Source: Azolla caroliniana
Taxonomy: Eukaryota > Plantae > Polypodiophyta
DNA length: 64,000 nt
Reading direction: 5' to 3'
Assembly (NCBI GenBank): GCA_043228905.1
Contig: JBHGNT010000018.1
Coordinates: 5,394,001 to 5,458,000 of the forward strand
Made by a program: the position numbers and the translations under genes
Part shown: positions 43,898-56,438 of the stretch, piece by piece
Numbering within the stretch: the first letter of the stretch is position 1
How the letters are laid out: each line of letters begins with the position of its first letter
Notes under the pieces: generated by a model
What the model was told of the DNA's origin: nothing
The model's database searches: none
What the model saw: the letters and a program-made list of their open reading frames with translations, nothing else

Positions 43898-46800
43898 ATG
43901 GCTCAAAATAACGACCCGATGTCATCCGCTCAAGCAGAAGGAACTCAAGGAAATCCTCTTGGACAAATGTCCATTGAGATGTATTTTTCACAAATAAGCC
44001 AATACCTTAGTTTCACTGCTCAACAGATGACTGAACTTAAGTAATCTCAAAGTGCTCTCGAGGCACGTGTCATTAGTTTACAACGTGAGACTAATAGACC
44101 TAATGAGCGACAGGGTGAACCATCGTTTGTCGTTAAGCTATTTACGGGAGAAAAAAAGGAAAGAACCGAAGAAGCAATCTGCACGTGGCTGGGCCGATGG
44201 GAGTCTCATTTTGAGCTCTATCCCATGCCAGATAGTACGAAGATTGCATATGTCGGCCGAGAACTAGGGGGTAAGGCTGCCGCCTGGTGGCATGGGCTCC
44301 GTACTTTGGGGAAATTGCCCGATACCTTGACAAATTTTGTCACAATTTTCAAGGGCCAATTTCTGCAACCTCCCTCTCGAACCGAGGTAGCACAAAGCTT
44401 TAATGAACCTCTCTAGCAGGAAGTTTTCCTCGCTAGAAGACTATGTCTACCATGCTAGAACCCAAATCCAAAAATCGGGTCTAGAAGGGGACAATTGGTC
44501 AATAACTTGTTTTGTCAATGGCATCCCCAATTCGGACTATCATGTGATAGTGCACGATAAGGAGCCAAAATCCTTTGAAGAGGCCGTTGAAATAGCTCTT
44601 CACTATCAACACACTTCGAAGAAGGACCACAACAAACCCAACAAAGCGCCCGGGACTAAGCAATCACAATTCGCTGGGAAACGGAAGACACCCAACGAAT
44701 TCATGGATCACGATTGTAAGCGACAACATCCTTTTTGCGTATTCTGCAAAAAGAAGGGTCATACAAAAGAGCAATGTCAAAAGCTCCAACGGAAAGAGCA
44801 CGATAGCAAAGCTAAAGTTGTAGACTATAAAGGTCAGATTCCTAATGGCCTTCAGGTCTATACACATTATTTAAGTAATTGTCAATGTTCTTTCCCTCAC
44901 TATGTATTGGGTCCCAATGATTTACTACGTGCAAACGGGTATATCAATACATCTCCCGTACAATTTTTGTTTGATTCGGGAAGCTCACACAACTTTGTGA
45001 ATGATCGTTTGGTTCAGATATGGGGAATCCAACCCACCGTAAGTGATCACACCTATACGGTGCACTTGGCTGATGGAAGAGTACAATACATGAACGGGGG
45101 GATTCATTCATTAGGAATTTCTATTGATACTTATATAGAGGAAGTAGACTTCCATGTAATGAATCTTTGTACCACTGATTTAATACTGGGTTATCCCTGG
45201 TTCTATAATAAAAACTCTTCTTTATCTATTGATTGGGTTCATCATTCAATAACTTTTGTACTGAACGATTGTACTCATTTTATTCAATGTGTAAAAAAAC
45301 AATCCCTCTCAATTGTTTCCTCTCCATCAATATCCGAGTTGTCTTGTTCTACTCTATTTTATTGTGTACTTGATCCAGACATTCACGTTTACAATATCGA
45401 TAATGTCTCAGTTCAATTAATATATTTTGAACAACAAGAACTTGATGAAATCTTAAATGATTTTTGTGATGTTTTTCTGAATGAACTACTAGATGGGTTA
45501 CCTCCTAAACGTAATATAGACCATCGTATAGATATTGTACCTGGTGTTGCACCAAGAAGTATACCTCCTTATCGCTTAAGTCGATCCGAAGAGGATGAGG
45601 TATCTAAGCAACTCAAGGACTATTTACGAATGGGTTATATATGTTATAGTAAATCTCCATGGGGTGCACTTGTTCTCTTGGTAAAAAAGAAAGAGGGCAC
45701 ATGGTGTATGTGTATTAATTACCGACGCTTGAATAAAGTGACGATCAAGAATTTATATCCATTGCCCCGGGCTGACGATCTAATTGACCGTCTCCAGGGA
45801 GCTCGGTATTTTACGAAACTTGATCTCCGTACATGCTACCATCAAATTCGTATAAGTGAGGACGATGTCCCTAAAACGGCATTTCGTACGCGCTATGGCC
45901 ATTATGAGTTTTTGGTTATGCCTTTTGGTTTGACCAATGCTTTGGCCACATTTCAACAAGAAATGAATGACATTTTCCGAGAACAACTTGGAAATTTTTT
46001 CGTTATTTTCTTGCATGATATTTTAGTTTATAGTCGTACATTAGAAGAACATTCTAAACATGTCCACTTTGTTTTACAAACATTGCGCGACAAACAGTTT
46101 TATGCGAAGATCTCAAAATGTGAGTTCTTCAAGAAATCAATTACTTATCTTGGAAATCTCATAACCGAATGAGGAGTTGAAATTGATCCTTCTCGCATCG
46201 AGAAAATCAAGCTTTGGCTCACTCTTCATAATATTCGAGAAGTTCGATCATTCCTTGGTTTTGTCGGGTTTTTGTGAAAATCCCTTCGTAATTACTCCCA
46301 ATTGACAATGCCGTTTACTGATTTTCTAAAAGGTCAAACGCGTAAGTCTACAAAACCTATTGTCTGGAATGCTACACTAGACCTCGCCTTTAAGGAACTC
46401 AAGGACTTGGTGTGCAAGGCTCGTTCACTTCTTTTACCCGATCCTTTAAAACCTTTTGAGGTTGAAACCGATGCAAGCGATTATGCTATAGGTGTTGTCT
46501 TATATCAAGATGGTAAACCAATAGCATTCGAGAGTAAGAAACTTGATTCTGCTCAATGTCCATATACCGTTCAAGAAAAGAAATTATTTGCAGTTATACA
46601 TGCGCTCAAAACATGGTGCCATTATCTTTATGGAAATTTACTGTGGTAACTATGGACCACGAGTCCTTGAAATATTTTTGTGACCAACAAGACCTGAAAG
46701 GTCATAAAGCACGATGGGTTGATCTCATCCAGGACTTTGATTTTTCCATACGATATCGTAAAGGTTCCATGAACACTGTCATTGATGCACTAAGTCGCAT

Positions 46801-48250
46801 TCGTGAAGTTAACGTGCTTAGCTTCACTGAAATAACTTCAGATCTCTATGATCACCTTCGAAGAAAGTACCTGATGACAGCTATTTTGCAAAATACTGGG
46901 CAAGAGTTGAGTCTGGAACAGACACCACCGCATCCTCGAAGGAATTCTTCCACATTGCTAATGGTCTGCTCTACCGTAATGGGAAGGTTTGTGTTCCAGA
47001 TTTTCCTGAGGTCAAAAAGAGAATTATTTTTGAATGCCATGATGCACCCTCAGCAGGGTACCCTGGAATACATTGTACACTCGTTCTCATCTCCACTCAA
47101 TTCTATTGGCCTAAGATGCGTCCTTACATACATAACTATGTGAATAAATGTCACCAATGTCAGGTTAACAAAGCTGAGCGACTTAAAGCCGCAAGACTTT
47201 TACATCCCTTGAACATTCCCAATAATAAGTGGGAAAGTATATCCATGGATTTTATTGTTAGCCTTCCTCGTACCCAAAAAGGTCATGGTGCCATCTAGGT
47301 TGTGGTTGATAGACTAACTAAAATGGCCAAATTTATTGCTACTAAAACCACGATAACAACTCCTGAATTGGCTTACCAATTCGTTGAGGAGTTATTTCGT
47401 TTTTATGGGTTACCGATGGATATCGTGAGTGATCGAGATCCAAAGTTTACTAGTGACTTCTGGACGCAAGTCTTTAAGAAGTTAGAAACTACATTGAGCA
47501 TGAGCTCTATGGATCATCCTCAATCCGATGGACAAACAGAACGAGTAAATCAAATTATTGAGGACATGCTTCGAGCAGACGTTGGTACAAAACGAACAAA
47601 ATGGGAACGTTATCTCCCAATTTTGGAGTTTGCTAATAACAGCTCCAAGCATACATCGACGGGATATAGTCCTTTTATGTTGATGTATGGTTTTTAGCCA
47701 CGAGCCCCAATTGATGTTAATATACATCATGATGAGTTGCGAAGTACGCAAAACTTTCTTCGAGATATGCAAGATATGTTGCATATTGCATGAGATAATA
47801 TAAAAACCGCTCAAGATAGAGCACGTTTTTATGCCAATCATCATAGGCAACCTCATGTATTCAACCCTGGACAGAAGGTATTTTTACGTGTACCTCACAA
47901 TTCTAAGACATTGTCTAAGGGTAAGTGCGCTAAGTTAGCTCCACGGTTTTGTGGACCTTTTATAGTCCTCAACCGCATTGGGTCATCAACCTATCGTCTC
48001 GCTCTTCCTGATGGTGTTGAAATTCATCTAGTTTTTCATGTGAGTCGTCTAAAAGAACTTCTAGGTTCTGGCGACAATACAGTTACAACTGAAACTCTGG
48101 TTACTTCTGAAGAATTATCTTCTAAACCACATGTACCAGAAAGAATTCTCGATGTTAAAACAAAAAAATTACATACTAAAGAAATCCGAGAATTTAAAAT
48201 AAAATGGATGGATAAATCAATAAAAGATGCCACATGGGAACGTGAGGTGA
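43898..48250 (+). pseudogene. Broken gag-pol of element D
   Basis: ORF pieces 43808-44044, 44403-46172, 46302-46649, 47116-47697, 47911-48258; RT motif mutated to FLHD; multiple stops and frameshifts. Confidence 0.9.
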
Positions 48251-49671
48251 CCATATAATATCCCATGGTGAGAATTTATCGTAGTATTCCATACACGTGG
48301 ATAAGTGTGAGGGTTAAAAGAGAGTGTAAAAAAGGGGAGGATTACTTTTAATCTCGGGATTGAGACAACCCATTAGGCCAAGTGTGAACTTGCTTGGGGG
48401 CCTTGGGTATCGCTATAAATAAGAGGCCTAGCTTCCCTCATTTCATCATCTTTTGACTACGTCGAGACTTTGTTTCATGGTGGTTCAACTCTTGTAGCGA
48501 GCGTGCCAACATCAAGTATTACTCGACGCCACGACGGTGGTATGAGACGCCGATCGAGGCTCAAGTCCGTCTCGATCCCTTCGCTCGGGGTTGTCGGGTG
48601 GTTCGGCACCCTTCTTTCTCTCTCTTCTTTCTATCTATCATTCTTTTCTCCTTATCATCCGCTTACATTAGATCATATCTCTAATATTAATGTTAAAGGA
48701 CTAAAAACAACCCAGTAATAATGTAAAAACATAACACACACGTGCACACACACACACAAGCTATTCTATAAAAAGGTATACCAAGAAGCCATTCGAGGTC
48801 TCATTCTCAATGTCAACATGGAATCATGCCATTGAAGTTCTCCAACTTCCTACCAGAACAAGCTTTAAAGTGGAAGAGATCGTCGAAACTTGTTACGAGA
48901 ACAAGCTTTTGAAGAAGAGATATTTGTACTAGAGTTGGCAACAACAAACAAACAAGCTTCGTAGTGATTTATCCAATGATGTTCAAGATGAACGTCATGT
49001 TCAATCATTATGGTTAACCAAGGAGATCGTTATGCTAGACACAATAAAAGGGAGATGTTTTATATTATCAAGCATTTGAGATTAAGAACCAGATTAAGCT
49101 CTGAGATATTAACCATTTGATGGTAGTAGAGTTGTTGATTCATCAAAAATTACACCTCAACTAAAAATGAATTTATTTCATGTCTCATCATAGAGTTGGT
49201 AAGCTTTATATCCATGAACCTCACCATATTTGACAAAGATTATTTTGTTTGCCAAAGCATGGTAGTTTGTTTCTGTTCTTCTTAGGCACATGTGTAGGTA
49301 GAACATCCAAATATTTTAAGATATTTTAATTGTGACTTTTATCCATGTCATAATTCATATGCTATCGTTAATCCCCCTAATCTGGTATTACAGTTAAGAG
49401 TGGTTACGGTTAACATGTCTAGACAAATATCAGGCCTCTATCCACAAGTGGGGATGGAGGAGCCAAAAGGTACTTCATAAGGGTTGTTTTGTCAAGTTAA
49501 GTCTCAAACGTACGAACTTCCAGATCGATTAAATCATTTACACCAATAGACCATAACATGTCCTTAATATAAACATTTTGCTTAAGTAATAATAATAACG
49601 TTTCCTCATCGAGGAAATATTATTGTTTTTATTGTTTTTTTTTAATATACATATAGTTATGTTCTAGCTAG

Positions 49672-52255
49672 CTACCTTGCTGAGAAAATCACATCGGATT
49701 CTGCTATATAGGAAGCTATATTTGTAGAGGTGCTACTGCTTTGATAGCCTACTAAGACGTCATTTGGAGCCGGGTACGGAGGGATCCCAATGTCGTCACC
49801 GATACCTTCGAAGAGCTGAAGAATTCGCAACATGGATGGTCGCAATTCGGGCTGATATTGAACACACCAGAGCCCGATCTTAAGGACTCGGATTTTCTCA
49901 AGGTTTTCAGCATGCTTATCTGATTGTACTAGGTCCACTTCTCTGTTGGGGATGTCAATATTGTCAAGATCATGCTCATGCATCTGACCCTGTGGATGTG
50001 GATGCTCTTCTTCCCCATTTGAAATGCTCTCATCGTTATGGTTATGGTCGCCCGAAATGAACTTGTATGCCCAATCCACAAGGGTTTCATTATCATTTCC
50101 TCTCTTATGGAACCCCCTCACAAGCTTCAGCAACACCATCCCATAACTGTAGACATCTGCCTTGGATGTGATCTCTACAGTTTTCAACCATTCAGGTGCT
50201 ATGTAGCCCCTCGTTCCTCGTGCACCCGACATGTGTACATTGCTCTTTACCCCTTCTAACCGCCTCGCCAATCCGAAGTCAGCAACTTTCGGTGTAAAAC
50301 CACGGTCTAAGAGCACATTCTCAGGCTTAATGTCACAATGCAATATATGTGGCTTGCAGTCATGGTGAAGGTATGCAATGCCTCGGGCCGTTCCTACAGC
50401 TATGGAGTATCGAACTGCCCATGGGAGTGGCTTCGGTTCTCTGGAGAGGAACCTGGCTACCGATCCGTTCTCGATGTATTCATATACCAAGATCCTCTTC
50501 ACGGGAGCTCGGCCTCCTCCTCCGATGGAGTAACCCACAAGATCGACTAGATTGACATGATGGATCTTGCCAAGAGTGCTCACTTCTGCTCTGAATTGCC
50601 TGTCAGCTTCTCCATGGCTTGTACCCATGGTGTCTTTTAGCACCTTCACAGCAACAGGGAGCTGCTTTTCTCTTGGTTTTTTCTCATTCCCCATTACCAC
50701 TATGATTCTGCCTTTGTATACTCTCCCAAAGCCCCCTTCACCCAACAACTTACTGAAATTCTGAGTTGCCTCTACCAGCTGATGGTATGTGAACTTAATC
50801 GGTCCACCATCGTTCATTACCCTGACACAGTCATCCCTTCTCATCTTTGGGAGAATCATCGCGCCATATCCTCTTCTCCATATTATGATGGAACCGACGA
50901 CTAGCAACCCTACGATGAGAGCCGCAACAATTGCCCCTATAACTGCCCCTTTCTTCACCCCTGCTCCTCCTTTAGTAGGAGAGGACACTAACAATTTCAT
51001 GAGTAGAGTATTGCCATCTGTGTAGTAACCATTCATGATTAGCCCTGTTGTTTGATTACCCTTCAGGAAGCATAATTTATCACCTAGCCTATAAGATGCT
51101 ACAATGCAATCACAATTATCCAGGCATTGTTTCTTGCACTCCTCTATATCATCAACGAGTTGGTTGCTTAAGTCATTGTAATTATAATCACTATGCTCGT
51201 TCTCGACCATGGATAAGGACTCATTCTCACCCAATCCGCAGAAACTGGTCAAATTCAAGCTATTATAGCACCCCAGGGAAGCAGATTGAGCATCCACAGG
51301 TTGATAACCAACCGGACAAGTGCAAGTTAAAGAAGATCCATTTGTGCCTTCTTTGCATATGCCATAAGCCCCACAAGGGCTTCCCAAGAGGCATTTGCCA
51401 TCGTCGAATTGCATTACCTTGTCCCATGTAGAATGTGAAGTATTCCAAGCATACATCCTTAGATTTCCGTCAGGATCTAATCGAAGCATGCTCATGGGCA
51501 TGGATGAATTGTCTCGGTATGTTCTCCCTGCATCTCGGGTAAGCTCGAGAACACCCTGGCCAGCATTGAGGTATGCATATAAGCAGAGAAATTCCACATT
51601 ATGGACAACATCCAATGCACGTAGATAGGCGACCGAGTACACATCGGTCTGAAGATGGAACCTTCCGGGGGGACCATAGGAGCTATCATTTGGACGAGAT
51701 CGCAATAGATAAGGCTGATCTATTACTATAGAAGATAATGAACTAGTAGAACTGTCATCTCTTGGGCTCACCACAAGAGTGTCTCTGAGGTCCGAGAAGC
51801 TCTGCCATTGTAAATTCTCCATGGTGGCATCGAAAAGCTGTAGGTTCCCTGTATTTTGAAGCTTTGCAAAGGAAGCATCGGAGGTAGAGGTACTCCAAAG
51901 CATGGATTGGCTTGAGTCAATTAGCTCGAGGTTTCCATTACTCGTGAAGTTGAGAGTAGCTCCTTGTGTGACACTAGGGGTAGAGATGGAAGGCCACCAT
52001 AGCGGAGTTCGGTTAGTGTCGGCAGTCACCCAAATGCAGAGAAGGAATTGGTGGAGGCCGAGGGATTTGAAGCCGAACGTGAGGGTTCCGTTGTCTGAGA
52101 GCCAGAAGCCGGAAGAAGAGGAATTAGAGGAAGCATTGGTATGAGTTGAAAAATGGGCATTTCCCGCCTGATACAATGGTGATGGTGTAGCAGCCAAGGC
52201 ACCATGGAAGCTAGAGAGGAGCAGAGTAGGGAAAAGGAGGAGGAACAAGGGAGCC

Positions 52256-52257
<2 letters not shown>
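49672..52257 (-). CDS. G-type lectin S-receptor-like Ser/Thr kinase (RLK3), 861 aa, intronless, non-RD
   Basis: Complete SP/B-lectin/SLG/EGF/PAN/TM/kinase architecture; kinase half closest to RLK1. Confidence 0.96.
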
Positions 52258-52298
<41 letters not shown>

Positions 52299-52301
<3 letters not shown>

Positions 52302-52452
52302 TAGCTCACTTGGTAAGGTTGCCCAATGGAGACCAAGTGGTGATGGGTTCAACCCCTACATTCCACGATGGCATCTAGTGAATTAAGAGTATATGAAGTA
52401 TATAAATAGAGAGGTGAGGGAATTGGGTTTCGAACCCATGACAACAATAAAA
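52299..52452. other. ~155 bp tRNA-like (SINE-like) insertion inside a (GA)n tract upstream of RLK3
   Basis: A-box TAGCTCACTTGG and B-box GGTTCAACCCC on +; second B-box GTCATGGGTTCGAAACCC on - (52425-52442); flanked by (GA)n; absent at the homologous RLK1 position. Confidence 0.6.
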
Positions 52453-53334
52453 GAGAGAGAGAGAGAGAGAGAGAGATTATTATGTCTAAAGAGAAAAAGC
52501 GCAGCAATATCCCATGGAACTGAAAGACAACCATCAGATTTCATCCAAAACAAACCATAATGAAAGATGAAGATTTTTTTACAAGAAAGGAAATTCAGGA
52601 TTAGAAGGCAATTTAGGTCATGGGAAGGGTCTTTTGTGTTTTCTCACTTCGAAGCACATCAGATATGTATATAGATCTTCATTTGAAGAGACTCTACCCT
52701 TGTGAGTTATATAACCAATGTGCAAGTAGGTTTGCACTTGATGACTAGATAGATAGTTAGAACCTAGTTATATCATCCTCTCGGTTGTTTAGGCCAAAAA
52801 TAACAAACTTGTAGTAGGAATTTTGCGGTAGGCTTTTTGTGAACCACAAGTATGTAGGCATAATATGACGATTTTCTTTCTTTTGCCCCCATAATGATAC
52901 TCTGTCTTCACGTGTAAAAGTTTCGAGGTTCTAACCAAATCCGCAGGCAGATAGACACTAGTTAATGCAAAAATAGTTAAAAATACATAGCGATATTGTC
53001 CGAAATGTCTCAATCAATCATTCAATTCATTCATTAGTTCGATCAATTTATTCATTCAAATCATTTATTGATGAGTGGAAAGCAAGAGAAATACAATCCA
53101 TGAGAACTCCTTATTACATGTGGTGCATAAGAAGGTTAGGAGAGTTCTCATGGATTGGATGTCTCCCCAATCATCCAATTCATTCATTCGTTCAATCAAT
53201 TTATTCATTCAAATCATTCATTGATGAGTGGAAAGCAAGAGAAATACAAGGATCAATCCATGAAAACAAAAAAGACTGTCATAAAGGGCACTCTTTCTAC
53301 AGACCAATATGTATGTACCATGCACTTCATCACT

Positions 53335-53379
<45 letters not shown>

Positions 53380-53386
53380 CTTCCTC

Positions 53387-55642
53387 ATGGGGCCTCCCCT
53401 GTTTCTTCTTCTGCCTCTGTTTCTCTCTAGCTTCCATGGAACCTCTACTGCAACACCATCACCATTGTATCAGGCCGGAAATGCCCATTTCTCAACTCAG
53501 AATGATTCTTCCTCTAATTCCTCTTCTTCCGGCTTCTGGCTCTCAGAAAATGGAACCCTCACGTTCGGCTTCAAAGCCCTCGGCCTCGACGAATTCCTTC
53601 TCTGTATTTGGGTGACTGCCGACACTAACCGAACTCCGCTATGGTGGCCTTCCATCTCTACCCCTAGTGTCACACAAGGAGCTACTCTCAACTTCACGAG
53701 TAATGGAAACCTCGAGCTAATTGACTCCAGCCAATCCATGCTTTGGAGTACCTCTACCTCCGATGCTTCCTTTGCAAAGCTTCAAAATACAGGGAACCTA
53801 CAGCTTTTCGATGCCACCATGGAGAATTTACAATGGCAGAGCTTCTCGGACCTCAGAGACACTCTTGTGGTGAGCCCAAGAGATGACAGTTCTACTAGTT
53901 CATTATCTTCTATAGTAATAGATCAGCCTTATCTATTGCGATCTCGTCCAAATGATAGTTCCTATGGTCCCCCCGGAAGGTTCCATCTTCAGACCGATGT
54001 ATACTCGGTCGCTTATCTACGTGCATTGGATGTTGTCCATAATGTGGAATTTCTCTACTTATATGCATATATCAACACAAGCCATGGTGTTTTCGAGCTT
54101 AGCCAAAATGGAGGGAATACATATCGAGCCAATTCATCCATGCCAATGAGTGTGCTTCGATTAGATCCTGACGGAAATCTAAGGATCTACGCTTGGAATG
54201 CTTCACATTCCACATGGGACAAGGTATGGCAATTTTTCGACAACAATTTCACTACAACTATATTGACAAAGATGTTTGTATCCCATCCAAAAGGAGGGTT
54301 GGAGAGATGGGCAGTTATCGGGGCAGTTATTTTGGTTCTTTTCGTAGTAGCTATGCTGGTTGTCATAACCACCATAATGTGGCGGTCGAAGACTACACGA
54401 GACCATGGATGTGGAGCGATGATTTTTGGAAAGGTGAGAATGGGTGAGTATGTCACTGTGGTTGGAGATGGTGGACCCATAAGGTTTACATATGATCAAC
54501 TGGTAGAGGCAACTCAGAATTTCAGTGAATTGTTGGGGGAAGGTGGATATGGGAAAGTATACAAAGGCAGAATCATGGTGGTAATGGGGGATGAGAAAAA
54601 AGCAAGTGAAAAGCAGCTCCGTGTTGCTGTCAAGGTGCTTAAAGGCACCATGGGTGCAAGCCATGGAGAAGCTGAAAAGCAATTCAGAGCAGAAGTGAGC
54701 ACACTTGGCAAGATCCATCATGTCAATCTAGTCGATCTCGTGGGCTACTGCATCGGAGGAGGGAGATCTCAGGGGAATCTGAGGATCTTGGTATATGAAT
54801 ACATCAAAAATGGTTTGTTAGCCAGGTTCCTCTCCGGAGAACCGAAGCCTCTCCCATGGGCGGTTCGATACTCCATAGCTGTAGGAACGGCTCGAGGCAT
54901 TGCATATCTTCACCACGATTGCAAGCCACACATAGTGCACTGTGACATTAAGCCTGAGAATGTGCTCTTAGACCATGAGTTTACGGCCAAAGTCTCGGAC
55001 TTCTGATTGGCGAGGCGGTTAGAAGAGGTGAAGAGCAATCTACTGATGTCGGGTGCACGAGGAACAAGGGGCTACATGGCACCCGAATGGTTGAAAACCG
55101 CCGAGATCACATCGAAAGCAGATGTCTACAGTTATGGGATTGTGCTGCTTAAGCTTGTGAGGGGATTTCATGAGAGAGCAAATGACGATGAATCCCTTGT
55201 GGATTGGGCATACCAGTTCATTTCTGCAGCCGAAGAAGATCGGGACCACAAGGAATCAAGCATTTCAAATGGAGGAGAAGATTCTCTCAACAAGGAAGAG
55301 CGTCCACATGGTCAGATTCATGAGCATGATCTGGACAATATCGAGATTCCAAAAGGCGAACAGGAACCAGTAGCAGTTAGTTTGAAATGGGATAAGTGTG
55401 ACGACGAGAGCTTCGAGAAAACTAGGGTGCTTAAGATCGGGTTGTGGTGCATTCAATATCAGCCTGAATTGCGACCATCGATGTTACGGATTGTTAAGCT
55501 CTTGGAAGGAAATGGTGAGGACGTAGGGATCCCTCCGTACCCGGGTCCGAGTGTGGTCTTAGTAGGCTATCAGAGCAGTAGCACCTCTACAAATATCCAA
55601 TCCTACATGGCAGACTCGGATGTGGCCATCTCTGCAAGGTAG
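53387..55642 (+). pseudogene. Disrupted G-type lectin RLK (RLK4): in-frame loss of EGF+PAN and nonsense codon in DFG
   Basis: About 125 codons missing near 54250 relative to RLK2; GGA>TGA at 55004-55006 (DF*); downstream kinase continues in the same frame to 55642. Confidence 0.9.
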
Positions 55643-56438
55643 CTACCTACTAGCTAGGTTTAGCTTCATGAGACCATCATGATTTGTGAAGGGCTGAAGA
55701 AGCCATTCATGTGAAACCATGTTATCTTGTATCCTGTACTAGTAGACACCTCTTTTGTATGTGATTTTTGGGGGATTTGTGTGTGTGTTTGAATCCTGAT
55801 TGCATTAGAAATGATAGCATTGGGTATCTGCGTTGTGATTTAGACTGTTGAATAAACCACTTCTTCATTTAGAATCTCTGCAACCTTCTATCCCTTGAAT
55901 TAGGACTTTGACTAATCTTGTGTGCAAACATGGAACTGCATATGGAAAGTGTTTAGCATCAGCAAATTCAAATTCTGAAGGACTACCAAAAAAAGTGCAC
56001 TTATTTAAAAGCGATGTTCAATCATAAGAAGAAAAGCAAAAATCAAAACAGAGAATAAAAAATAAACTTATAAGTTATAGCTGTGTAATGGAATGAGTTT
56101 TTTTGTCAAAAAAAATAAAATGCTACCCATTACTTACGAAGAAATACAGGAGGTATCATATCTACACGGGCCAGGCCTAATATAGAGCTCCGTGGTTTCA
56201 ATTAACACTAAAAATGTGAATCCTAGAGTAATCCTTATAGAGTCTAGGGATGGTGGGTGGATGTCGCATGGGGGGAGTCCTAGGTGAGAAGAGCTATTTC
56301 GGCGGGAGATTGCACCATTGTATATTGTCGCATTGCAATCGCAACATTAGCATTCCACTCCAATTCAAAATGAAGGTTGCCCGTGCCCTGGATGTTGAGT
56401 CCATTTCGCCTTGAATATCTTCATATGACCCACGAAGG

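Larger units (their letters stand above)
18191..48686 (+). mobile_element. Ty3/gypsy chromovirus (element D), outermost member of the nest; degenerate
   Basis: 5' LTR 18191-18642; 3' LTR ~48248-48686 with its first bases and the PPT deleted; TSD TTAAT (18186-18190, 48687-48691); iMet-like PBS TGGTTTCAAAGC 18645-18656. Gag-pol at ~43898-48250 has [27 protein letters not shown] and chromodomain (PERILD..IKW..DATWE). Confidence 0.92.

Noticed and set aside
48700-49660. Possible decayed TE or gene between D and RLK3
   Set aside because: No ORF, termini or motifs I can support.
53309-53386. Upstream ATG extending RLK4
   Set aside because: The extension just translates a (CT)n tract; homology with RLK2 places the start at 53387.
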